A DNA stretch of 64,000 nucleotides from Octopus sinensis (GCF_006345805.1 NC_043004.1:68634001-68698000); one strand, 5' to 3'. Counted from the first letter of the stretch, positions 1-11,937 are shown. The notes: generated by a model from the sequence alone, not told the origin. Translations and numbers: made by a program.

Positions 1-550
1 GAACATATACTGCAAGGCATTTTGACTAAAGCATTAACACAGGAATTCTTAATAACTTTTCTGTCATTCCATTTAACCCCAGGCAAATGTTTTGAAAGCA
101 ATTTCCACCCCCCACCCTTCAGTGGTTTGACTTTATATTATTTCTAATATAAATATTTGACAAAGAAGAAATTTAAAATACTATTTTTAAAAAGCATAAT
201 TATTTTAGTTTCAGTATAACGATAAAATAAAAAAGAAAAACGACAAGAAAAAAGAATGGCAGATGGCAATGTTTAGTTAATTTGTTTATGAATTAATGAT
301 CAACAAATACTTGAACCGAACGCATCTTTCTGATTTGGCTACTCCATTAGCAGCACAACAATTAAGAAGTGGATGGTGTATACAATACAGTTAGACCCGA
401 CGTGGTAGACGGAAAAATAATTAGGATTTTTTCTTCACAAAATAAGACTACTTAAAGTACTTTTGTTTTCAACTTCAGATTTTTTTTCACAATTATAATT
501 GAAAGAAAAAAACAAAAACCCTAAAAGAGCCTGAGAATTATTAACAGGTT

Positions 551-712
551 GCAAATATGACTGTGTGGTGAAGATGCTAGCTTTGCAACCACATAATTTC
601 TCTTTCAGTGTGGGCCCATTGCGTGGTAGCTCTGGCAAATGTCTTCTACTACAGTCCCGGAGCGCCCTCTTTATGAATTTCCTGCACGGAAACTGTGCAG
701 AGGCCCATCGTA
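551..712 (+). mobile_element. tRNA-derived SINE family A, degenerate 5' half
   Basis: Matches the head of the better copies at 1066, 20339 and 48278 (gtgtggt..caaccaca..cagt..ccca/ttgcgtgg..caaatgtcttctacta..acggaaactg) and runs into (CA)n. Confidence 0.7.
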
Positions 713-740
713 CACACACACACACATACACACACACACG

Positions 741-786
<46 letters not shown>

Positions 787-795
787 ACACACACA
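713..795. repeat. (CA)n microsatellite
   Basis: Direct reading. Confidence 0.95.
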
Positions 796-824
796 GTGTC
801 AATATATATTTATATATATATTTA

Positions 825-1052
825 TTTACTGCCCACAAAGGGCTAAACATAAAGGGGACAAACAAGGACAGACAAACGGATGAAGTCAATTACATCGACC
901 CCAGTGCGAAACTGGTACTTTATTTATCGACCCCGAAACGATAAAAGGCAAAGTCGACCTCGGCGGAATTTGAACTCAGAACGTAACGACAGACGAAATA
1001 CCGCTAAGCATTTCGCCCGGCGCGCTAACGTGTCTGCCAGCTCGCCGCCTAT
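825..1052 (-). mobile_element. tRNA-derived SINE family B, near full length
   Basis: The minus strand reads aggcggcgagctggcag..gttctgagttcaaattccgccgaggtcgactttgcc..aagtaccagt..ggggtcgatgtaat..tttagcccttgtgggcagtaaata. It has a B-box-like GAGTTCAAATTCC and several copies occur in the window. Confidence 0.9.
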
Positions 1053-1065
1053 ATATTTATATATA

Positions 1066-1535
1066 GGCACCGGCCTGACTGTGTGGTACGAAGTTTGCTT
1101 CCGAACCACATGGTCACATGGTTCACGATTCAGTCCCACTGCGTGGTACCTTGGGTAAGTGTCTTCTATTATAACCTCGGGTGGATCAAAACATTGTGAG
1201 CGGATTTGGTATGGAAAGTGAAAGAAGCCCCTCGTATGTCTATGCATGTATATATATATATATTTATGCGTGTGTTTGTTTCTGTATGTGTGTAGTGTGT
1301 ATGAATCTATTTTAGTGTCTTTGTGTCTGTGTTTATCCCCTATCACCGCTTGACATCCTGTGTTAGTGTACTTATGTTCCCATTGTCTAGCGCTTCGGCA
1401 AAAGAAACCAATAGAATAACTTCCAGGCTTAAGAAAATAAGTACTAGGGCTCGATTCGTTCAACTAAAAATTCTTCACGGTCGTGCCCTAACATGGCCGC
1501 CGTTTAATGACTGAAACAAGTAAAAGACAAACAAC
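1066..1535 (+). mobile_element. SINE family A, full length (tRNA head, internal GT/TA microsatellite, tail ending gactgaaacaagtaaaaga)
   Basis: Head with ttcagtcccactgcgtgg, central microsatellite, and a 3' body shared with many other copies. Confidence 0.9.
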
Positions 1536-1649
1536 AAAAGATGTGCGTGTATGTCTGTGTGTATGCGTATGTGCGCGCACATGTGTGTGTATGTGCTATT
1601 ATCTGTGTTTGTCCCTCACCATCGTTTGGCAACTGGTTTGTTTTGTTTG

Positions 1650-1962
1650 TTGTTTGTTCCTTCTCAAACCATGCCTGTCTATTAAGGGCCGGTTTTCCGG
1701 TTTCCTGGTTTCCTTGGCATATAGGTTCCCCACCCGGACGGAACGCCGGTCCGTCGCAGGTGAGCTGCAAGATGCAGGAGGAAAGAGTAAGAGAAAGTTG
1801 TGGCGAAAGAGTCAGCAGAAGTTCGCCATTACCTTCTGCCGGAGCCGCATGGAACTTAGGTGTTTTCGTTCATAAACACACACATCGCCTGGTCTGAGAA
1901 TTGAACCCGCGATCCTGCGACCGCGAATCCGCTGCTCTAACCACTAGTCCATGTGCCGCCAC
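1650..1962 (-). mobile_element. tRNA-derived SINE family C
   Basis: The minus strand starts gtggcggcacatggactagtggttagagcagcggattcgcggtcgcaggatcgcgggttcaattctc (A- and B-box-like) and ends in an (aaca)n-like tail. Confidence 0.8.
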
Positions 1963-1974
1963 TAGTTTTGTTTA

Positions 1975-2140
1975 GGTCCACATAAATTTCCGGTTCAGCA
2001 AATGATATCGATAGAGTAAATATACCAGATTAAAAAAAATTTTAAATCAGTACTGGGATCGATTTTTTCGATTAAACCTTCCAAGGGGATGTGTCACCAT
2101 AGTTACTGTTCAATAACTAAAACAACTAAAAACAGAAGAA
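1975..2140 (+). mobile_element. SINE family A, degenerate 3' part
   Basis: cggttcagcaaa..gatagagtaa..tactgggatcgattt..taactaaaacaact resembles the family A tail. Confidence 0.55.
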
Positions 2141-2283
2141 AAAAAAAGTGAAGAGATATCCAGAATGAAAGAATTTACTCCCTGAGTCGACCAAAATTTA
2201 CCCAGTTGCAATGAATTTACCCCAGTTTGGGATAAATTAACAATTTTGCCAAATCCAGCATCTTATGAATTCATCCACTTACA

Positions 2284-2418
2284 AATCAGCTCGCAGCTCA
2301 ACTTGCATCTCAACTCGTTGCTCAGCTCGTAGCTCAACTTGCAGCTCAGCTCGGGGCTCATGCTGCTGCTCAGCTTGCGGCTCAGTTCGCTGTTCAGCTC
2401 GCAGCTCAACTTGCAGCT
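2284..2418. repeat. Degenerate 12-bp minisatellite (gcagctcaactt), about 11 units
   Basis: Direct reading; the + frame translates as (AAQL)n. Confidence 0.85.
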
Positions 2419-3557
2419 TTTTGTACCACACTAATTGATCACCTTTTTATTTTGACTTACCTCGATAATCTCAGTGTATTTAGCATAACTTTCCCACCTT
2501 AGATTGAGAATAATTAACCATCAAGGGGCTTAGTTTAAAATCATTTCTCTGACTATTTATCGCTTTCTTCCACCTCTTTTCTCTCTCTGTTACTGTTTCT
2601 CCGACTCAGTTTTCTTTAAGAAATACGAAGTGAAGGGAAAATAGAAATACAATATGAGTATGTATATAAATAAACAAAACAAAAGCTATTTCTGTAGTTT
2701 CCAATTTAAATTTTAAATTTTAAAATTCTGTCAGTAGAAGTTGTTTCAAGATCCTGTGAGATTTTGAATTCGCAGAATTTTTCCTGGGGAAACAAACAAA
2801 AATATAAATAAATAAATAAATAGAAAGGATTTTGACATTTTTCGTTTGTTTGTGTTTTGGTTTCGATTTTATGTTTTATAATATATATTTTTTAAAATTA
2901 ATCTTTTTCTCGATAAATGTTTAATATGTTGAAACGGTGGGCGACACATGGCCATGAAAAGAAAAGAAAAGATGCTTAAAAAAAGCATCTGTGATACACA
3001 TTCGCACTCGCATACAAGTAATCTCTGCATGAAACAGCAAGACACGTGCATGTGGTGCACACATACACCTGCATGCATGCAAACACCGTAAATCACATAT
3101 ACATAACTACACGTTTCGAAATCTATTCACATAGAGTAAAAAAAAAGCGCATTATGCAGATACACACACCGAAACCGGTTTACGTATAGTAATAAACTCG
3201 CTCATTTTCACTCATAAATAAATAAGAATTTAAACAAAAATCGCATAGACACACATACACACGCCTAGGTGCGCACATGCACACACACAAAAAAAGACAC
3301 ACACACACACACACAAGCACACATATACACAGACACGCCCACAGCTACACACTCAGCTCTCAAAAGTCCCAAATGAACGCATACACACTACTGCATATAT
3401 ACAGGCTTTTATTTAAACATATTCACTTATATACACATAGGCTAGATTTCCTGATGGTATCTTATATACATAAACGCAAGGAAAACAACGAAGTACACAT
3501 GTACACATTTACTCGTAAGTACTACTCATTAACTCGCGCTCTCTGACCTGAAAGCAG

Positions 3558-3559
<2 letters not shown>

Positions 3560-3611
<52 letters not shown>
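3560..3611. repeat. (TA)n microsatellite
   Basis: Direct reading. Confidence 0.95.
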
Positions 3612-3613
<2 letters not shown>

Positions 3614-3750
3614 TCCCCAACCATCGCTTGACAACCGATGCTGGTGTGTTTACGTCCAGGTAACTTGGCGGTTCGGCAAGTACTAGTTTCGACTAAAGGC
3701 TGTGCTGCAGCATGGCCACATTCAATTGACTGAAACAAATAAAAGAATAT
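3611..3750 (+). mobile_element. SINE family A, 3' half with internal deletion
   Basis: ccatcgcttgacaaccgatgctggtgtgtttacgtcc..gactgaaacaaataaaagaata. Confidence 0.85.
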
Positions 3751-3774
3751 ATATGTATGTATATATATATATTA

Positions 3775-3985
3775 CGGATATGTACTCACATAGCAAGTAA
3801 TTTGATCTGAGATCGTGTGCTGAAACGAAAACAATTGCAGCGTGGAAGGTGTTTGTAAGCCATTTAAGAAACACACAAAAGCCGTTCGATTCACTTCAAC
3901 ATTTAAGTTTAATTTGTCAAAATGTTTTCGTCGCAAAATCCGCGACCTGTTCACTGACAAAAATCCGTGCTGCATCTCAGCTGTT
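3775..3985 (-). mobile_element. Small inverted-repeat (foldback/MITE-like) element carrying a hammerhead motif
   Basis: Related to copies at ~38065-38225 and ~39985-40150. The terminal block (ctgagat..gcagcgtggaa) has a partly deleted inverted counterpart (tccgtgctgcatctcag) at the other end. Confidence 0.7.
3913..3961 (-). ncRNA. Type I hammerhead ribozyme motif, G3-C8 variant core (GUGAACA)
   Basis: Minus strand: tttgtca GTGAACA g gtcgc ggatttt gcgac GAAA acat TT tgacaaa. Stem I is 7 bp, stem II is 5 bp, and stem III is minimal. Confidence 0.7.
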
Positions 3986-4033
3986 GTGTGTATAATATAT
4001 ATATATTTATTATATATATATATATTATAATAT

Positions 4034-4078
<45 letters not shown>

Positions 4079-4110
4079 GTATGTATGTATACAGAGACGT
4101 GTGTGTGTAG

Positions 4111-4147
<37 letters not shown>

Positions 4148-4214
4148 AGAGGTGATGTCAAAACCTTCCTGGACTTGGTGTATAGCGCACCATCAGATGG
4201 CAGCACACGACAAA

Positions 4215-4378
4215 GTCGACCTCGGCGGATTTTCCGATGTTGACTTTTCCTTTCATCCTTTCAGGTCGATAAATTAAGTACCAGTTACGCACTGGCGTCG
4301 GTGTAATCGACTTAATGCCTTTGTCTATCCTTGTTTGTCCCCTCTATGTTTAGCTCCTTGTGGGCAATAAAGAAATAG
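4215..4378 (+). mobile_element. SINE family B, 5'-truncated
   Basis: ttgactttt..tcatcctttcaggtcgataaattaagtaccagttacgcactgg..ccttgtgggcaataaagaaata. Confidence 0.85.
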
Positions 4379-4479
4379 CAGTGGCGTTTATGAGGCAGTA
4401 TGACGAGTGATATATTTGTGCTTACTTCGTAAGTTGTGAAATTTGTGATTTTGTTATCATGTGTATGCTGAAGTCTGCG

Positions 4480-4770
4480 ATTTTGTCATGGTGAGGAACT
4501 AATGGCCAAGTGAAATTTTGCGTTAAACTTTGGAAATCTGCTGCGGAGATGTGCATGCTTCGGAAATCTTACGGCGACGACGGAATGGGTCCTACGCAAT
4601 GCTTGAGTTGCGCAGGAGCTTCAAAAGCAGAGGTTTTTGGTAGACGATGAATTTCTCGCCAAATACAGCGAGGTATCGCTTCCGGACCCGCTCAATTCGC
4701 CAGATTTAGCACCTGCGTACTTCCCTCTCTTTCCCAAGAAAAAATCCACTTCAAAGGTTACTGTTTATAT
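4480..4770 (+). mobile_element. Internally deleted mariner transposase remnant
   Basis: An N-terminal QVKFCVKLWKSAAEM..YGDDGMG segment is fused to a C-terminal FLAKYSEVSLPDPLNSPDLAPAYFPLFPKKK, matching the mariner HPPYSPDLAPxDF motif. Confidence 0.75.
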
Positions 4771-4784
4771 ATACATATATATAT

Positions 4785-4800
4785 GTGTGTGTGTATGTGC

Positions 4801-4851
<51 letters not shown>

Positions 4852-4982
4852 TGTGTTGTGTGTGTGTGCGTGTGTATATGTGTTTGTGCACCCCTACCGC
4901 TTGACTGAGATAAGTAAAGGAACGAAAGAATGTATGCACCTACCTACATACATACATATATGTATATATTTATGTATGTATG

Positions 4983-5015
<33 letters not shown>

Positions 5016-5262
5016 GTGTATGTATGTATGTATGTATGTATGTATGCATGTATGTATGTATGTGGATGTATGTATGCATGTATGTATGTATGAGTATGCA
5101 TGTATGTATTATGTATGTATGTATGTATGTAGTATGTATGTATGAATGTAGTATGCATGCATGCATGTATGTATGTATGTATGTATGCATGCATGTATGT
5201 ATGTATGTATGTATGTATGTATATATGTATGTATGTGTATCTATCTATCTGCCTGTCTGATA
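4785..5262. repeat. (GT)n and (TATG)n microsatellite field
   Basis: Direct reading. Confidence 0.95.
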
Positions 5263-5284
5263 TCTGTCTAAATATATACATACA

Positions 5285-5500
5285 CCTACACTATTTTTTC
5301 GAGCAACGAAAGACACAAATGGAAAACAAGTCAGACAACATAAATAACGACTCTTCATCAGTTGTTGGTTGTTTTTTCTACTCTCGTATTTTGAGCATTT
5401 AATACTAATATACGCTTTCGATAAAACAGTTGCTCCCGCAAAGCAAATTAAATAAAATTTGGGATTTTGCAGTGGGTCAAAATTGGTAACACAAACAGTA
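5285..5500 (-). mobile_element. Interspersed repeat related to the foldback element at 9451-9794 (possibly a PLE terminal-repeat derivative)
   Basis: Shares ttttcgagcaacgaaaga..cataaa..cttcatcag..tctactc with 9560-9645. Confidence 0.5.
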
Positions 5501-5509
5501 TTCTATCAT

Positions 5510-5755
5510 ATTACTCTGTCACTCTCTCTCCCTCAAGGGATGCAAAATTCCTCGTACAATTGGAGTAGCATCGCAGTGTTGCAGGAGTAGATTCAAAAGA
5601 TACGGAATTTGGTGTTATTAACAGTGAAGATGGTAACAGTAAGTGCTTCTGCAAACTCTTTGGGGTCGTCAGTAACCTGGTCTGTGTGAGGGTTAGGGAG
5701 AGGACCGCTGGAAGAGAGCCACCGGGTGATTGACGCCTCTGTTTTGAACACATAT
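5510..5755 (-). mobile_element. Possible non-LTR retrotransposon linker remnant
   Basis: One minus frame gives HTDQVTDDPKEFAEALTVTIFTV, resembling the LINE TDxxEmAEiLnxxFxsV motif. It is degenerate. Confidence 0.3.
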
Positions 5756-6814
5756 TTCCGAAACACTTAACTATCCAGGTTGATTGCTTTACATTGTTCA
5801 GATGTAAATGCTACCATTTTTACTTCGGTGTTTTGTTAAACCTCCCACTATTACATGAAGTACTGAAAGTTTGAAGAATGCAGTGTCCTGATATCCTGAT
5901 AGCCAACAATCGACGTGGATAGTTTATTCTGTTTCAAGAATTCTGAGTGTGAAAAATTATTTCTGAAAGTCAAGGGTGCTGTTAATAATTTTTGCAAGTA
6001 CTTTCACGCCTCAAAGAGATACTTTATAAAAATAATTGTTATTGAATAGGTGGTGGCTAATCTCGTAAGCTTCCGTTAAGTCAGCTCCTAGAATTAGAAG
6101 CTTTAATGTGCAGATGGCCACAGAAGGAAAGTGCTTAAAATATGATGAGTCACAGACAGAGTTTATTCGTCTGATTGCATGGCTCTAGACAACTTTCACG
6201 CTCTACGTAATATGTATTCACGTTCAGCTTCCCATTGTTCTTTCGTAGTAAAGTAGACTGATACTGTCTCCCAAATTGCTTTTCTTTGATGGTAGATTCG
6301 CTGTGGATATACAGTGCTAACGCTTCGCATGCGACACAGATTGAAGTGCAAGTAAAAATCAAGATTGACAGGTAAAAATCCAGGCAGCCCGGGTGCTGTA
6401 ACTCAATAGAATAAAATTCTGTTTATTTTCGTTCCAGTCAAAGTAAGCAGTTTGGAATTAGTGGCGGATTATCTTTCTGTCCACAAGAGACCTATTGGCA
6501 ATAACCTTGATGTGATTGGAGTCGCTTAAAAGATCCTCAGGCCTAACAATCATAACAATTTCAAGAGCAATATGGTACAGCAAAACCACAGTGTTTATAG
6601 ATCTTGTGACCAGACTGAATCCAGTATTAAATCCAGAAAATCATTTTGATCGATACTTAGTTTTATCGACCCTAGATGGATGAAAGTATTTGAACACAGG
6701 AAAGAAAACAGCCGGAATAAATACTGCAGAGTGTTTTGTTCGGCGATCCAAGCATTCTGTGGAGTCAGCAAGGAACGAAAAAAATAAAGAAAAAGAAAAC
6801 AGAAGACAGGGATT

Positions 6815-7175
6815 AAGAAGCTCGTTTTACAGTCACAGGATTTCGGGTTCAGTCCCGCTATGTGGCGCATTGTGCAAATGTGTTCCACTATAACCCCCGA
6901 ACGAACAATACTTGTGAGTGAATTTGCTAGATGGAAACTGTGTGAAAGCCCCTCGTTTATATGCATTCGCGCGTGTGTGTGTATGTTCACCGCATACATC
7001 ACAACGAGTATTGGTTTGTTTTCGTCCCCATAAGTTAGCCGTTTTCAAAAAGAAACCGATAGAATAAGTACCAGACTTAGAAAATAAGAACTGGGTGGCT
7101 AAACCTTTTCAAAATGGTGCCCCAGCATGGCCGCAGTCCAATGATTGAAGCAAGTAAAAGTTAAAAGTAAAAGAT
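6815..7175 (+). mobile_element. SINE family A, degenerate near-full copy
   Basis: cgggttcagtcccgctatgtgg..gatggaaactg..gaaaccgatagaataagtaccag..ccagcatggccgcagtccaatgattgaagcaagtaaaag. Confidence 0.8.
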
Positions 7176-7544
7176 GACATAAAAAAAATAAAAGGAAAGA
7201 GAACAAAACAAAACAACTACATAATAAACAAACAATAATATATAAGACATAATTAGCAATTTATAATAAAGAAAACTAGACAATGAATATTTGTCAAACT
7301 AAGTCAACAAAAATATAAGCATCAAAGAGGAAGAATTGGAGTCAAATAAAAGTATAGTCGCTGGCATCTGTCTGATAAATATTTATAAAATGATATTATT
7401 TGAAATGTCATCTGATATAATAAGCAAATAGTAAGTACTAAAAGTGTCTTTCATAATAATAATATAATAATAATAATAATAATAATATATTTATATCTTC
7501 AAAGCAATATAGACATGTGGTGCAATAATATTGGTGTTTGCTTT

Positions 7545-7735
7545 TAGCACAAGGCCAGTATGTTTTGGGGGATAAGACGATTACAATGACGCTTGGCGGG
7601 TACTTATTTTATCGACTCCAAAAGCGATGAAAGGCAAAGTTGGCCACGGCGGAATTTGAACTCAGAATGAGAAGACGGACGAAAGGCCGCTGAGCATGTT
7701 GCAAGGTGAGCTAACGATTCTGCCAGCTCACCTCA
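7545..7735 (-). mobile_element. SINE family B
   Basis: gtacttattttatcgactcc..gaaaggcaaagttggccacggcggaatttgaactcagaa..tctgccagctcacct. Confidence 0.8.
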
Positions 7736-7895
7736 CATACATACATACATACATGCATACATACATACATACATACATACATACATACATACATACATGC
7801 ATGCATACATACATACATACATACATATATATACATATGTATGTGTATATATATGTTCATATATGTACACATATGTTCATATATATACTTTCTAT

Positions 7896-7931
<36 letters not shown>

Positions 7932-8015
7932 CAGTGGTGCTATTTATCAGGTGGTGCTATTAAGTTAGACATGGCCTGGGCCAATAATGCCGCCGAAACC
8001 TATCAAAGTATCAAA

Positions 8016-8069
<54 letters not shown>

Positions 8070-8180
8070 GCGTACATATAAATATACACACATATATAAA
8101 TACATAAATAAATGTATATATAAAATGAAATGTATGTGTGTGTGTGTGTGTGTGTGTGTATGTACACACGCATACGTACA
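7736..8180. repeat. (TACA)n, (TA)n and (GT)n microsatellite field
   Basis: Direct reading. Confidence 0.9.
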
Positions 8181-8586
8181 TGCAACAGACACAGATAAAC
8201 ACATACACTATTATATATTTATATGTATGTATTTTCTTTTTATTGTCCCTGGAGGAGTTGGATGTAAAGTCGTATCCGACAGCGTTTGAACGTAAACTTA
8301 ATCAGGGAATTTTTCATTTCCAAGACTGGCATGTTAACCAAAACTCTTCTACCCCATAGGCTTTATGCTTCAAGGTAATATAATTTAGTATTAAATGTTT
8401 CTGACGAAAATCCTATTGATATTGTTTTTGTAATATACCCTGCGGGGTCGATAAATTCAATAGTAACCGCACACTGCAACCGAGTCACTTGACTAATCGC
8501 CATTCCCATTACGGGGGGAAAAAAAGAGTGTTTTTACGACTAAGAAAGAAATACAAATATTCACGAGGTTATAAAATTTTACAGTA

Positions 8587-8589
<3 letters not shown>

Positions 8590-8640
<51 letters not shown>

Positions 8641-8675
8641 TAATAATAATAATAATGATAATGATAATAATAACA
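8590..8675. repeat. (TAA)n microsatellite
   Basis: Direct reading. Confidence 0.95.
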
Positions 8676-9450
8676 AAAATAGTTTTCTATTTAGATTAAA
8701 CTATAAGCTGAGTTGTATTTTTATTTCATCTTATATTTCACTATTTTATTTATAAATTTTCTTAAACATTCTATTAAAGAAATTTTATTATATTCATTTA
8801 ATAAACAAATTTTATTAAAGCTTTTTATTAAAAAAAAACGTTTCAGTAAATATTTTATTAAACAAACTTTATTAAGTTATTTTGTGGAAATATAAAAAAA
8901 AGATAATGTTTAAATTTTGTCCATGAAGTAAGAGCTGTCCAAATGTTATTAAAACCCAATTTAGTTCTTAGAATTAGTTATCAGTCTACTCTCTCCACCC
9001 AGGTCCCGGCAACTCACCTGTCTCTGCTACTTCGTCAATTACCACTACCGTTTCTCATATCCCTGACCCTCTCTTCATCTCTGAATAATTCTTTCTGTAC
9101 TTTCTCATTTGAATTCACCGTCTCCACCACAGTTTGCGTGATTTTTCTACAGATTCCGCTGATCAACAGATTTTTCCAGCTAAAACAACATCTGATCGAG
9201 TCTCACCGGTTTTGAACTCCTTTGCGTCTCCTGTTTGCCTGATTACATGATGACCATCATGTCATAGACGCGCACATACACAGACCCATTCCCAACACAT
9301 AGACCCCGCCACACATTATGTATGCGTATGAATATACTGATATATGTATATATATATATATATTCACACACACATACATGCATACATATCAATCTATATG
9401 TCTGTCTGTCTGTCTGTCTCTCCGTATGTATGGATATATATATATATACA

Positions 9451-9794
9451 CATATATGTGCATACCTACATATATATGTATATATGGATGCATATATAGG
9501 TACAGGACATAAAAAATACGTTAAACATAATGAGAAACGATAACATAGAAAACGAATTTTTTTCGAACAACGAAAGAAAAACAAACAGAGAAACGAGACA
9601 TAAAGAATCGACCCCTTCATCAGTGGTCCCTGTTTCATCTACTCCGCGTATGTCTCGTTTCTCTTGTTTTTTTCGTTGTTCGAAAAAAAGTTCGTCTTCT
9701 ATGTTTTCGTTTCTCACTTTGTTGAAAGTTTTTTTGATGTCCTGTACCCTATATACATGTATATATACATATATATGTAGGTATGAACATATAT
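9451..9794. repeat. Foldback (long hairpin) with ~150-bp arms and a ~46-nt loop
   Basis: 9451-9602 is the diverged reverse complement of 9649-9794 (gagaaacgagacata/tatgtctcgtttctc; ggtacaggacat/atgtcctgtacc). Confidence 0.9.
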
Positions 9795-10469
9795 GTATGT
9801 ATATATGGATATATTTATATATCATTCATATTATTATATGATCGAATGCCACACATCCTTTTCCAAGTAAGTTTTATCTATAAATATATGCATACATCTT
9901 TCTCTCTTCCTCTTTACCTATGTGTGTGTATGTATGTATATATATATATATATATAATATTATATATATATATAATATTATATATATATATATATATTAT
10001 ACATACATACATATACATACATACATACATACATACATATACATACATACATACATATACATACATACATACATACATACATACATGTACATACATACAT
10101 ACATACATACATAAACATTTGGCGTGGGAGATAATTTATCGAAAATACAATGAATACTGTCTCCAACTATGGAGCCACAACTATCAGCCTTGTTAAATAA
10201 CTGATTAATCTTCAGATGAATTAAGTGGGAGAGCCTTTTATTCGCGATCGTAGTGATTTTCGACTGAACTTGAATATTCCATACAGAGAGTTACTAGAAA
10301 GAACATGGCTGGACAATAACACAATCGAGGGACAGAGCGAAAGCAACAGTTCAACAAGTAAGCAAATTCTCGCTAGCTGTAGTTATAGAAGAAACCGTAA
10401 CTGCAAAACTAATTTCTCTTGGAATTATGAATTGAATAATGATTTATTTAATTGCTACAATATGCTAGA

Positions 10470-10760
10470 GTATCTCACTGATTCACAAGGAAATAGAAAT
10501 ACCAAAATTACACACATGTTTCTTTGTGGTTGACTTAAAACTTAATGCAAAGAATATGCATGAGAGGAAAAAGAAGCTTGACCTGGTTGCAACAATCTCA
10601 AAGGATGTAGGGTTGGCGTTTTGTCAGGATAAATGTTGCTATATGGTTGTGAAAAGGGGGAAAGTATAAACCAGACGAGTAACATCTCCATTTATGATTT
10701 GACAGTTTCCACTGTATCTGACGAGGAATGTTAAAGGTATCTAGGGGTGGATGAAAATAT
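10470..10760 (+). mobile_element. R4/Dong-like (RLE-class) LINE, degenerate RT fragment
   Basis: Frameshifted ITHMF/FVVDLKLNAKN..LDLVATISKDVGLAFCQDKCCYMVVKRGK..YLGVDENI, corresponding to the degenerate catalytic FxDD region and downstream RT motifs. Confidence 0.65.
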
Positions 10761-10879
10761 CTTACTTGTAGCAAAACACCTATATAATTTTATAAAAGAT
10801 CATAGATTTTCCTACATCAGTTTGACAGCTGTTATTGTATGGTAGTATTGGCTATTTTCACCTTCCGCCTTAAAAACTG

Positions 10880-11330
10880 TAATGAGTAATCTGGATAGAG
10901 TAACTGTAGATTTCTCAATAGTTCAGCAAAGGTGTTCTCTTTTTCGCTGATCTTCAGCTTTATGATAACATCCTCTGGGAAGCTAATTTCTACAAGTGTC
11001 CACAGTTTCTTTTCTCTATCCCAAATCATTATATCAGGTCTATTGTGCTTACATATTATTGAGATCTTCACTGGTACATTCCACCAGTATTCCTTTTCTT
11101 TATGAGTGGCTATGGCTTCTACCATATTGTTGATTTTTATTTCTTTGTCTTTGAGATTATCCTTCCGACGGATTTCATTATAGAGTGTTCCAGCTACAAC
11201 GTCATGAGTAAGTTGAACGAAATTTATTCCCTATTTCTAGCAAATCAGACAACCACGTAGATGCTTCCTCTTTGTCTTGTTACAATTAGATTGTTTGCAT
11301 TTAATAAATTTAATGACATTCGTAGAGACA
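10880..11330 (-). mobile_element. R4/Dong-like LINE, restriction-like endonuclease fragment
   Basis: HDVVAGTLYNEIRRKD..EYWWNVPVKISIICKHNRPDIMIWDREKKLWTLVEISFP, a PD-(D/E)xK RLE motif. Confidence 0.8.
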
Positions 11331-11890
11331 GCATGTCGTATCAAAGTGTGTAATGTAACCACCGCTGTTAGTCCGGCGTATTACTACAGCTTTTAGTCCG
11401 ACACAACATGCACTTGACAAGCTACTGTACGCTATGGAGTATGATACATTTAAAAATCCACTCTGTATCTGTGTAAAACTTTCAGAGTTATAATGTATCG
11501 TTGCACTTCTAGAAACATAAATTTATACTCTGTTGCAGATGGTATTAAATGCCTTTATCAAGATGAGGGCTAATGCCTGAGCTAGATGAAACCTAATCTC
11601 TTTCCCAGATGCCTAATGTCTTTAGTAGATGTCAAATGATGCATACTTAATGGCGTGTGTCGTTACCTTTCGTTAAAGGAAAAGAGCAATAAAAGATGTT
11701 TCACACTATTTCTTCTAACTTCGACTAACTTCGATTATCTTCGTTATATATTTTTGAAAAAAATATGAAAAAAATAGATAAAAACAAAAAAAAGTGACCA
11801 GAAAATATTCTAAGGAAACTTTCAGGAATTTGCATTGATGTGACATATGACTCACTGTCTAGTTACGCATTTCGTCATCGATGTATGTAC

Positions 11891-11937
<47 letters not shown>

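Noticed and set aside
1860-1962. tRNA-like sequences at SINE heads (also 1066, 20339, 21100, 36480, 48278)
   Set aside because: They continue directly into SINE bodies and lack a complete cloverleaf or acceptor stem, so they are not called as tRNA genes.
3165-3185. gaaaccggtt motif
   Set aside because: There is no upstream core or stem II.
5345-5365. Minus-strand CTGATGA (also in the loop at ~9615)
   Set aside because: No downstream stem II-GAAA-UH arrangement could be built in any HHR permutation.
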